64,000 bases of DNA from Podarcis bocagei (lineage: Eukaryota), in NCBI GenBank assembly GCA_964188305.1, contig OZ076885.1. One strand, given 5' to 3'. Made by a program: the position numbers and the translations under genes. Positions 1 to 11,398 of the stretch are shown here, one piece after another (within the stretch, counting starts at the first letter, position 1; each line of letters opens with the position of its first letter). The notes below the pieces were generated by a model. The model searched no databases. It saw only the letters and a list, made by a program, of their open reading frames with translations, and was not told the origin of the DNA.

Positions 1-160
1 TGGATGTTTTGTAGTTTTGATGAAGTTGTTTTACTGTGTATCTTGTACATGCTCATTATTATGCATCTTAATTATGGGTGGCTGTATTTTTGTAAGTGGC
101 TTTATAGTTTACTTTGCTGTTGGCTTTTATATGTTTGCGAACCACCTCTGTATTTCTTCT

Positions 161-509
161 TAGAATAGAATCATAGAATCATAGAGTTGGAATAGACCGC
201 AAGGGCCATCGAGTCCAACCCCCTGCCAAGCAGGAAACACCATCAGAGCACTCCTGACATATGGTTGTCAAGCCTCTGCTTAAAGACCTCCAAAGTAGGA
301 GACTCCACCACACTCCTTGGCAGCAAATTCCACTGTCGAACAGCTCTTACTGTCAAGAAGTTCTTCCTAATGTTTAGGTGGAATCTTCTTTCTTGTAGTT
401 TGGATCCATTGCTCCGTGTCCGCTTCTCTGGAGCAGCAGAAAACAACCTTTCTCCCTCCTCTATATGACATCCTTTTATATATTTGAACATGGCTATCAT
501 ATCACCCTT
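161..509 (-). mobile_element. CR1 LINE 3' end (5'-truncated)
   Basis: ORF 243-500(-) is a CR1 ORF2 C-terminus (RTRSNGSKLQERRFHLNIRKNFLTVRAVRQWNLLP...FKQRLD). The (ATTCTATG)n-type tail lies at 161-185. Confidence 0.9.
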
Positions 510-3500
510 GAAAAGAAAGATGGTATATAAATTCCAGTAGTAATGCTGTTTGTTAGGGGCCGGGCTCTGAGCTTAGAAATCTGAAGAAAGGATTGTGTGT
601 TGAGTCGTTTCAGCGCTAACAAGTACAGACCATGCCACCTTCTGTATTCAGCAGAGTGTATGTAGTAACTTGCTCAGTCTTGTAGCAATCCTCTGGATAA
701 ACATGCAGTGGAGCTGATTGAGAGCAGCGCATCTGATATCTGTCTCCTACCCAAATATTTGTTGCTGGTATTCATTTTATGGATTGCTAGTCTGATTGCC
801 ATAGTCATTCTCTTTAAAGGGTACCTGGCTGAATAAGACTTGTGGCTGGCCTTGATATTCTCAGCAGAGGATACAGAAAGCGATTCAGAATCTTCACAAT
901 TATTGCTAAAAACAAAGAGTACAGTTTTCAAATTAGTGGGAAATCCAGGTCTTTATATGGGATAGCGCTTCCATTGCCAGGAGTGTTGCAGTTTCTAATA
1001 AACCAAAATAAATGGTATTCGTCATAGCAGTTCTATTCTGTTGAATACGGTTTTGTGAATGTGATGAAAACCTGTTAGGCTGCCTGCTACATTAGTAGAA
1101 TTGCCAAATGCACTGTGTGCCATACGTGCCCTTACGAATTTTAAGAAGCTGTAGTTCGGTCTAGAGACTGAATGTGTACCCCTCATGCCTCTCATGGTGG
1201 AGTTCATGTAGCCAGGGGTGGGGGAAGCAAATAATCCCACCGATAAAGCTTCTTATTCCACACTCGGCAAAGTCCCATCATGTTGTAAGACAGGCATAGC
1301 TTAAGAATTTCTGAGATCATCTTCCTAAGTCTCAGCTCCACCTATTCACACTGTTCATAAGCAGTAAACGGGAAGATAGCTATACCTCTACAGCTCTACT
1401 ATGGAATACCTTTGCACTGCAGTTAGTTTCTGCACATTCTAAAGAAATATCCCAGACCCCAAGCATACCTGTTGTCTTGCTGATATCCTGTACGTATTAA
1501 CTGTGTTTGTGCCTTAGAATGCACCATTACTCTCCTGTAATAGCCCACTGAAGATTAAGCTCAGTAGTGGGCAACAACTGATCCAAGTCAGAAATCCCTG
1601 AATGGCCTTTGTGGAAGCCTAAGGCACCCTGGGAAATAAGACAGAATAGCCTTTTTGTAGAGCAAGTGATTTGCATTCTCTTGCACCTGCACACTTTGAT
1701 TATGTAGGTGCCACAGGATGTCATGCTCATCGGGGCTAGGATGAATTTAGCATTGAAAGAGAAGTGTGTTGTTGAGAAGTGTTGTGTCTTTGTACCTGAA
1801 TATTTCAAAGTGGTGAAAATAAGTCTTGTTTGCCTAATCTTAACTTTGTTCCTCCTCTGTATTTTTGAGGACTTTAACAGAACTATAACCCTAATTCATG
1901 ATCTCCAACAGCCCCCACCCTGAGTCCTCATTTGCAAGGTGATCCAGGTGAGGAGAAGTGCTGGCTCATGTTGCTTCTGTTTCAACCCCACTGAAATGGA
2001 AACAAGCCCAGTTGCTCCTCTTCCCAAATTTTCTGATCTGCACAGAAGGCACAAGCCTCATCACCTTCTGTAATGCTGGTATGAAAAGGAAATACCTTTC
2101 CCTAGTGCTGTTGAATTCCTGGAGAACTTGCAGGAGCGGATCGCCACTATTAAGCAGTTTAGGGGGTTCCTTAGAGCATTAAACTCAACTGGTTATTGTA
2201 TTGCCATATTTGTGTCTTATGTTTGTTTATATTAACATTTAGCCATTAAGGTTATGTTTGTCCCTTGGTCTCTGTTGACTTATGACTACAGCTATTGCAG
2301 ATAAATGAATATAGAACAGGCAGCCTCTTAGATACCAGAGTCCCAATCTCTTTGGACTAGTCTGGAAAAATTGGTGTATTATTGCAGCTACTGTACTTCT
2401 TGTATGATTTCTGAGTTTTGTTCCCTTTCTTTGTAATTCAATAAGAAATATTGAAACTGCCTTTGGATCTTCTGTTTCCTTGTGCATAATGTTGCAGAAA
2501 CACTTATTCCTAAACATTTGATGTATACCTTCTACCCTTTGATCTTACCCCTATTTTATTTCAAAGAGACTAGTGCTACATTTATGGTTGTAGGTCTAGT
2601 CAACAGAGTGGTATAGAACAGCATTTAATTCTTGCATGGTGCAGCCAGCTACAGAAAATTCCCTTTCTTCAGCTTGGATAGAGCCTACCCTCGGCTCTGA
2701 TGCTAAAACTTTCGCAGTTAATCTAAAGCACATGTGTGTTTTTATTTTAATCCTGGCTTGTAAATCACCATTTGCCTGGTCACCTGTGGAAAGTATAGTG
2801 CATTCACCCAGACAGATTGCTTGCCATTTCTTTTCCTTCTCCTGTCCTCCAGGCTGTTGGTATGCTACAAAATAATTTACATGGGTATAAGTTGGCAAGA
2901 CGCCATTATATTTGTAGGGGAGTAACTCGGTAGACTTACTAAAAGGCTTTTATTATGTCTGAAAGGTGTTTGCAATGTTTGAGGCTGTCATTCCATGCAG
3001 ATTTACTTAAGGATAAGTTCCCAAGTGGCACTTCCTTCAGAGATAATACATCAAGGGTCCGGCTCCCAAGTTATGCATCTAGAACAGTTAACTCTCAGCT
3101 CTTCAGATAGTGTTGTACTTAGAACTTCTACCAGCCCTAGTGAGTAGGGCCAGTAGTCAGGGATGCTGGCAGATGCAGTCCTGGCCCCTTGCAATTCATT
3201 TCTGTTTTACAGCCCTGCACAATCCGGTGCTGTTGGCACTTTGGCTGCCTTGCTGTACAGCTTTAACTTTAGATAATTTATGTGTAAGTTTAAAAGCACA
3301 TGTCCCAATACTGATTCCTTGAGGGGCCTAACTTCTTCCTTCATTTAAGTTGCAATCCTAAAAAATCCCATGGATTCAGCAGAATTTATAAGTAAGCATT
3401 CTTTATGTTGCACTGTCGGTGATGGTGTGCTCTTTTTCTGTTGTCATAAATCCAAAGCCTTTAGCTGTTGAAACGTCTTGATCTCTTTAGAAGTGCTTAG

Positions 3501-5130
3501 ACTGCTACCTTGGGGAACATTCTGTCGAAATCTGGTAGAGTGAGTCAGGTGTGGTTTGTATATGCAGCTGTCCTTTCATTACCGCTCTTCCATACTCCTT
3601 GCCCTAAACTTCGTTTAAAGTTTTCTTGCTTGAAAAGCTTTAACTTTAATTGACACTTTATTAGCTACTATACAAACACTGCGGACAAACTGTTAGATAA
3701 GCAAATGACTAAAACCGGCTCTTAGAACACCACACTGTTGGTTTACTATGGTTTAAATGTAGTTTAAATGTGACTTGATCTAAAATCAAACCTTTAGTTG
3801 CTTTTTAGTTTCTTGGTTTTCATAAACCTTTCAAGTGAAGTTAATGGTCCTGCAAATGGCTTATACTTTGAAAGCCATCTACATGGCTTCTGGTTTCATA
3901 GTTGGCACAGAACTTTACTGAATGGCAGCAATGCAATCTTCTTTTATGTTAGTTCCGTACTTGGCAGGCAAAGAGTTTTCTGGGAATGTCTGGACCTCAA
4001 TTGCTAGGGAATGCATTTTTTAAAAAAATGCTGTCAAGATCTTCACAAATTTCACTAGAATAAAAGTTGCTATAGCAACCAGTAAATGACATGCTGCCTG
4101 ATACCAGCACTTAATTAGGGTTGTTTATCCTTTACTTTGTATAATTTGGCTTTTAACATCCTTTCTTCCCTATTGAGAGGAACCTCTTAATCTTAAGGGC
4201 ATGTTCTATTTAGTATTACCTGTATTTGAGTTGGTGTTCATAATTCAGGGGGTCTGATATATCACTAATAATTTGAATTACCCCTATCATTAGGTACCCT
4301 TTTTGCAAGGGATACATCCAGCATTTGTATTGTTTTCAAGGACAAGTAAAGGGTTGCTCAAGAGAACCCTTGGAGCACTTGGCTTTTACTACTGTAAAAT
4401 TCCAGGGCTTACTCTTGTAAAGGTCAGAAACGATCTTGTTGTCTTGTTCCATTTAACAGGTTTCTTCAAGCCTGCACATTCCTCTTAGATCATCCATACA
4501 ATAGAACACATCCTCTGACTCAGGTTAACGTGATGCTAGCAGAGTGCAGGAAAGATGAAGGGGCACAAAGCCAGAGATGCCTAAGGGGCAAGGGATACGT
4601 TTTAACAAAGCCACATGACTCAAGCCAGCAGCATCATGAGATGCAAAGGGAGCTGGAGGTAGCATTTTACAAGTTGTCAGGCAGTTTGACATGAGAGAGG
4701 ATGGTGGGGTGAAAAGGGGAACCTTCTCCAGTGTGCAAAATGAAGCAGACCAATATTCTGTGTACTACTATAAACAGCTTCACTGGTATTGTGTACAGCA
4801 ATATTACTGTAATTATCACTATCTTTCCTGATAAAATCTTAAGATTGGATTTACTGTCTTTTATGGCTTTTACTTAACCTCTGTTTGGCCTTCCATTCAT
4901 GATTGCCTTGTACATTCATTCTGATCAGTAATAACTCTTTTGACAAGTCTTTCTAGATGCATTGCATTACAATTAATAGAAATGGGCCATAGAATAGTTT
5001 GGGTCTGCACAGCCAGGCCCTAGGTTCCTTCACCTCTCTTGGGTCATTTAGACAAGTGGGCACCTATCAATCACATGGTATCACAATGACGACAGGTCAC
5101 CCAAATTAACATTTTTCCTTAGTGGGTATG

Positions 5131-5220
5131 ATAATAATAATAATAATAATAATAAATAATAAATTTTATTTATATCCCGCCCTCCCCAGCTGAGCCGGGC
5201 TCAGGGCGGCTAACAACAAT
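5131..5220 (-). mobile_element. L2-family 3' terminus with (TAA)n tail
   Basis: (TAA)n followed by TTTATTTATATCCCGCCCTCCCC...GGCTCAGGGCGGC, a typical squamate L2 3' end in reverse orientation. Confidence 0.6.
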
Positions 5221-7654
5221 CAATGCCTACAAAGAGAGATAGAGCCATGCCTACAAAGGAAGATCCTTTGCATTGCCAGTTTTGGTTCAACATTAAGTGT
5301 GGGCAGGTGGACATTGTTTTGGGGAAACTATTATGGGCCAGATTGGGACCTGTGCTAGGTCTAATTTGGCTCACAGGCACTGCTATACAGTATAGTATTC
5401 ATTCTTCTTTTTCCTTCCCTTTTTTATTCCTAAAGTATTTTTCTCCTGGCTGTTATTACCAGTTGGAGGGTGTCTGAGCTGTGAACTCTTTTTTCTATTT
5501 ACTTATCTGATGACAAAATTTTCTGATTGCATACTGACTACTTTTTCAAATCTTCTATAAGCCATTGCCCTCTTTTTCTAGCTGCTACAATCTCTCCCCC
5601 CCCCCTTGAAAATTCAAATAGGTGGTGGGGCAGCATTATTCCCTTACCAAATACCCTGTCCCGGATGTGCTTTGGTTTGGTCTCTACTAGTCTGTGAGAA
5701 ACTTTATGTTCAGAGTCCTTTGACTGCTAGATTTCTCAGTCTTCAAGCTTGTCTAATGTGTCTCGACTACATGGGAACCAAATGTCAAGTTTCTATGCAC
5801 TTTAGCAGTTTTCTTAAATGAAAATTGACGGTTGTTTTTCAGCTTCAGCACTGCTAAATATTCTATTTGAAATCAAGGGGGAAACAGATAATAAGGCTGT
5901 TTAGGCCCCAATTTTAAACTGCTTTTAATGCAGCTCTTTGAAAAGACCTTAAATTAAGAAGATAAACATTTGTATTCTGTGCATCACAGAGTAGATTTCA
6001 CCAGCAAAACTGAGTCCTTTTTAAGACTATAATTTCACATTTGTGTATTCTTCACAGCTTATAGATTCCCAAAAAGTGCATAGAAATTGAAAATATCTGG
6101 AGGCTTTAACTTACCTTGTGTGATCACATATTCATTATCATTTATGTTTAGAACCATCAGAATGAAGATAATGAATTTCAGTGAAGAGAAAGAGCATGAA
6201 TGCTCCATGTTCCTAACTCTTCTATGACCCATCTCCAAAGATCACTTAATAAGAGATAACCTTTGCAAATGGATAGGGCTTGGTATGAGAGAACCACAGG
6301 TCTATGAGAATATGACACACATGGTCTATAAATATGACTTTTGCAAGTCATATCCACTTAGTAAAATTCTTGTTGCAGCTTGGAGTAATTGAGGATCCAC
6401 TGGAGTTGTGTGAATCTGAACACAGAACTCTTTCAGTAATAGCTCATGTTTAAGTAACAGATTTGCATGTTTTCCCTGGATGGATGTGGTGGTGATGGTT
6501 GTTTAGGTAAGCATCTAAATTTCTTTAGCAGCCTGGTGGCTTCTTTTCAAAATAGGAACACGTTCTCTCCTTCCAGTAATAAGTAGGGATAATTGAGCTT
6601 TTCCTAAGTTTTCATTTTCATTGCAGCAGTCAGCTCCTCATTGTAACGTGGCAATTGGATATTATATTGTAGTTCTAGAAATTAGAAAATTGACTCTTCT
6701 GCATAGGAATGAAAGATGGGGGTACAAAGGAAGGGATTAAATAAATTGCAATTCTCAACATGGGCACTAGTGACATCCTTTTAAGTGGGAACAGTATGGT
6801 GTTTATGCTTGTGTCTTCTTGCTGAACTTAGATAGTGGCTTCCAGTATCACAGAAGTTACTTCATTTCCTCCCTGAAGTTTCCCATTTGTTTCTAGATTT
6901 CAAGTAGGAGTCTTCTGATGCGTCTTCATTGAAGGACACGTGTAGGGGAGATTTAACCCTCATCCTTGTACTGCTCTCAGGTTTTTGAAAAATGTAGTAA
7001 CTTTTAAAAGCATACACCAATAAGCTGAATTATGTCAAAAGAGTATGAAGACATTTGCAACACCTTACTAAGATACTTCATAGGATCTAGGTATGATTGT
7101 GTACGTGCAGAAAATCAACACGTTAAAATAAAGTGGTACTGGTAATGATGAAAGAAGGAGCAAGGGTCAGTGGTCACGATGATGAGCATTTGAGACATTA
7201 GTACATAAGCAAGGTGAAGTGTGGAAACGCACATTAAGATACTAAATTATAATGAAAAGAATCTGAGTAAATCAGCATAAGTTTTATAAAGAGCCAGCTG
7301 CTAAAGTCACTTAATGTTATTCAGTATCAATAAACAAAAACTGGCTGCTCTAGACAGGTAAAAGGCAATTCAGAAATCCTGGAACTTGTTCAAGCATGTG
7401 TAGAGTATCTTTGCCAGATAGAGAAACAACAGCTGGTCCTGCACATCTGCAGTTTCAGAAGACAAAGCTTCTGGTTGAGAAGTTTGTGGTTGAGATTTGT
7501 GGCTGCTTACTGGGCACATTTACATTACGTCTAGATTCACCAAAGCTCCTTCTCTTGCATGGAATAGACGTTTCTTGTCCACATACACACCTAGTGATAC
7601 TTACATATGAAAGGGGAAAGTATGGCTGCTTTGTTGAAAGATACGCATTGGGGT

Positions 7655-8311
7655 CTGATGGAACCCTCAAGGACCCTAAAAGCTCAGCATAATTATCATC
7701 CAACCTCTACTTAAAGACCTCCAATGAAGGAGAGTACACCGCCTCTATTGGGAAGCTGTTCCATTGTCAAACAGCTCTTACCGTTGAAAAGTTCTTCCTG
7801 ATGTTTAGTTGGAATATCCTTTCTTGTAAATTTAATCCATTAGTTTGAGTCCTTTCCTCCAGAACAAGAGAAAACAAGCTTGTTTCATCCTCCATGTGAC
7901 AGCCCTTTATATATTTGAAGATGGCGATCATATCAGTCTCCTCTTCTCCAGACTAAACTTACTCAATTTCCTCAACTGTTCCTTGGTTTCCTGACACTTG
8001 ATCATTTTGGTCGCCCTCCTCTGCACATGTTTCAGCTTGTCAATATCCTCCTTAAATTGTGGCGCCTAGAACTGGACACAGTATTCCAGGTCTGTCCAAG
8101 GCAGAATAGAGCAGTACTATGCCTTCCCTTGAGCAGAACACTAGACTTCTTTTGATGCTGCCTAGAATAGCAGTAGCTTTTTTTTTGCCGTGGCAATCAC
8201 ACTGTTAACTCATGTTCAGCTTGTGGTCTACTCAGACTGCTAGATCCTTTTCACATGTACTACAGGCAAGCAAGGTGTCCTCCATCTTACATTTGTGCAG
8301 CTAGTTCTTCC
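7655..8311 (-). mobile_element. Older CR1 LINE fragment
   Basis: Visibly homologous to 240-509 (TTAAAGACCTCCAA, ACAGCTCTTAC, AAGTTCTTCCT, TATATTTGAA). Extends further into ORF2 (AGAACTGGACACAGTATTCCAGGT). Confidence 0.85.
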
Positions 8312-8452
8312 CACCAGACTTTGCCTAATCTATCACCCAGCATATCATTACAAGCTTTCACTTATGAAATTTTTATTATTAGCCATGCACCTTAATAGGC
8401 TATATACTATGTACAAGCACAGTTTGATCATTCCTCTCTTCACAAAAGTACC

Positions 8453-8835
8453 CTAAGATTGTACCCTAAACAGCCTCGGCCCAGTATACCTGGAGTGTCT
8501 CCACCCCCATCGTTCTACCCATCCACTGAGGTCCAGCGCCGAGGGCCTTCTGGCGGTTCCCTCACTGTGAGAAGTGAGGTTACAGGGAACCAGGCAGAGG
8601 GCCTTCTCGGTAGTAGTGCCTGCCCTGTGGAACACCCTCCCGTCAGATGTCAAAGAAAGAAACAAAGAAATAAACAACTATCTGACTTTTAGAAGACATC
8701 TGAAGGCAGCCCTGTTTAGGAAAGCTTTTAATAATTGATGAATTATTGTATTTTAATATTTTGTTGGGAGCCGCCCAAAGTGGCTGGGGAAACACAGCCA
8801 AATGGGCGGGGTATAAATTATTATTGTTGTTGTTG
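8453..8835 (+). mobile_element. L2 LINE 3' fragment
   Basis: GCAGAGGGCCTTCTCGGTAGT...CCCTGTGGAAC...GACTTTTAGAAGACATCTGAAGGCAGCCCTGTTTAGG...GGGCGGGGTATAAAT followed by a (TTA/TTG)n tail. Confidence 0.75.
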
Positions 8836-9518
8836 ATGGTGGATGGTTTCACTTTAAGATGCCAGATTTGTAACAGAACTTAGTTAGCGATCCTGGCATG
8901 TTTTGGAAGAAGCAAGCCACACTCCTGGATTGAGTCATAACACGAAGCTGCTGCCTTCCTTGTTTCTTCGCCTGATTGTGTGAAAGGAGTAATAAAACAG
9001 GAGGAGCAGTCAGGCAGTGTGTGCAGCACTATTCATCCCAAGGTTCTTCACTTGTCATTTTATGCAAATGTGCCCATTTCCTGTAAATGGAGATCTGCTA
9101 GGAAGTCAATGCCCCCCTTCCTGCATAAACTCAAGAACATAATAACATGGGAATGTGTGGCATTATGTTTGTATGCTGAATTGATGATAGAAGCTTCCTG
9201 TTGAGTTCGGGTGGCAAAAAAAAAAAAGAGCACCCGTATGCTTTACATCTTTACAAGTTACTGTTTGTCATAGTTTTGTTTTCGAAGAATCTAGACTCTG
9301 GTGGGTGAACATATTTGCATTTTTAGATCTCCTCCTTTTCTCTATATACACTGGGTTTCTGTTGTGTGATGTTTTTACTGACCATACCCTATTTGGATAT
9401 TTCTGGCTTCTTTACTTGCCTTGCCATGTTACAGATAGGTAGCTGTGTTGGTCTGCCATAGTCAAAATAAAAAAATTCCTTCCAGTAGCACCTTAAAGAC
9501 CAACTAAGTTAGTTCTTG

Positions 9519-9556
9519 GTATGAGCTTTCGTGTGCATGCACACTTCTTCAGATAC
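9519..9556 (-). ncRNA. Minimal type I hammerhead ribozyme motif (antisense copy)
   Basis: Exact reverse complement of 9583-9620. Confidence 0.75.
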
Positions 9557-9582
9557 ACTGAAGTATCTGAAGAAGTATCTGT

Positions 9583-9620
9583 GTATCTGAAGAAGTGTGC
9601 ATGCACACGAAAGCTCATAC
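9583..9620 (+). ncRNA. Minimal type I hammerhead ribozyme motif (PLE-associated)
   Basis: GUAU-CUGAAGA-A-GUGUGC(AU)GCACAC-GAAA-GC-UC^AUAC. Core boxes CUGANGA and GAAA, palindromic stem II, palindromic AGCU stem III, stem I GUAU/AUAC. Predicted cleavage is after 9616. Confidence 0.75.
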
Positions 9621-10322
9621 CAAGAACTAACTTAGTTGGTCTTTAAGGTGCTACTGGAAGGAATTTTTTTATTTTGCCTTGCCATGGTTATGGTTAGATT
9701 TCTCTATAATACATCTTTAAAAAAGTTGTCTGATGTCCGCACTCCTGTAAGATCAAAGGTGTGCTTTATGGCCAGTGTTTGGATTTCTAACTGCTTTTCT
9801 TTGTAAAGTTTAGTGAATACAGAAGTACACTATCTACAAAGCAGGTTCAGTTGGACATTCTGACTTCTACTTTGTGCTACTGTAAATTAAATAGATTAAA
9901 CTGCACCATATAAATATGTGTTAAATCCATGCAACAGTTTGAGTTGTTCTGCATTATATAATGTGCCACCTTAAGGCATTATACTACCCCAGGGGGTTAC
10001 AGTCTAAAAATAGATGCAACAGAGAAACAGGCAGGGGTAAACAGTAGAGAGAACTAATAGTGCATATATATTTGTAGGGTAGGTCATTATTAATACCAAC
10101 AATAGACGTGTGTTCATACACTAACAGAGCATTGGTGACTTGCCAAAGGCCACCTGTTGAGTTGATGGCAAACAAGGGGTGGCATTTAACAAATGTTTTA
10201 CTATTCAAATTAAAGGACCTCTCTTAATCATGTTCATTAATTTCAGTGGATCTTTTCTGAGCAAAACTTGAGCCAGTATTCAATTAAAATTTTGACTTTA
10301 GGTTGCCAATGCACCAGTATTG

Positions 10323-10770
10323 CAATGCCATTATACAAATTTATGGTGTGACTCTATTTGGAGTACTGTATGCAGTTCTGGTCGTCTCACCTCGCAAAGG
10401 ATATTGTAGAGTTGGGAAAGGTTCAGAAATATGAAAGGGCAATTAAAGTGATCAAGGGAATCGAGCGACTCCGTTGTGAAGAAAGGTTGCAGTGCTTGGG
10501 ACTTTTTAGTTTAGAGAAAAAGCGAATATGAGGCAACATGATAGAAGTTTATAAAATCATGCCTTACACGGAGAAAGTGAAGAGAGAGAGAAAAAAGTCT
10601 CCCCTTCTCACAACACTAAAATTCATGGATATCCAGTGAAGCTCAATGTTAGCAGATATGAGATATGTAAAAAAAAAGTGCTTCATGCAGCATTTAGTCA
10701 AACTATGGAACTCCCCCAGGAAGCAGGGATGATTTAAAATCGGTTGGGAATTTAAGTTGGGTTAAATTGA
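10323..10770 (+). mobile_element. Degraded CR1 LINE ORF2 3' fragment
   Basis: TTGGAGTACTGTATGCAGTTCTGGTC, TTGGGAAAGGTTCAGA, CTTTTTAGTTTAGAGAAAAAGCG and ATGATAGAAGTTTATAAAATCATG correspond to the CR1 LEYCxQFW..LFSLEKRR..EVYKIM motifs. Confidence 0.8.
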
Positions 10771-11314
10771 TGGAAAGAACGCACACTTTCACATTCTAGA
10801 TTTTGGAAATGCAGCTGGAGAAACTTCCTGAGACCTAAGTTGCTATCAGAGTAGATAGTACAGAGTTAGATGGACCAAAGGTGTGCTATAGTACAAGACA
10901 GCATCATGTAGGTGGAAGAAATTGGAGGACTAGGGTCAGATTATGCAAAATGATCTGAAGATGTGTGAAGAGTGATATGCAATAGACTTCCAATTTGTGT
11001 GCATTTAACTTGCACAATTGCAACTTTATGTGCTTGGTGGCTGGCCAGATGACATCTCACACATTAAACACATGCAGGACAGAGAGCTTAAAAGCTCTTT
11101 CCATGATGGGTTTTCCCGCCTTGCTTGATAGGCATGGCCTGCTCAGTGTGTCGGCTACAGAAAGATAGGGATGGTCACGTGAGGGCGGTTCCAGGGTTCT
11201 GAGTAGACATGGTTTGGGGTTTATGCTCAGTGCCCCAGAATGTAATGCCTGCACAAGTTAAAATAAAAAAATTCCTTCCAGTAGCACCTTAAAGACCAAC
11301 TAAGTTAGTTCTTG

Positions 11315-11352
11315 GTATGAGCTTTCGTGTGCATGCACACTTCTTCAGATAC
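11315..11352 (-). ncRNA. Minimal type I hammerhead ribozyme motif (intact, antisense)
   Basis: Identical to 9519-9556. Confidence 0.75.
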
Positions 11353-11398
11353 ACACGAAAGTATCTGAAGAAGTGTGTGTATCTGAAGAAGTGTGCAT

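Larger units (their letters stand above)
9429..9676 (-). mobile_element. Penelope-like element remnant 1: inverted pLTR pair (fold-back) with 3' tail
   Basis: Perfect 96-bp inverted arms at 9463-9558 and 9581-9676 with a 22-nt spacer. The left arm has a ~34-nt extension. TSD (TTG)CCTTGCCATG at 9416-9428 and 9674-9686. Contains hammerhead motifs typical of PLE pLTRs. Confidence 0.8.
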
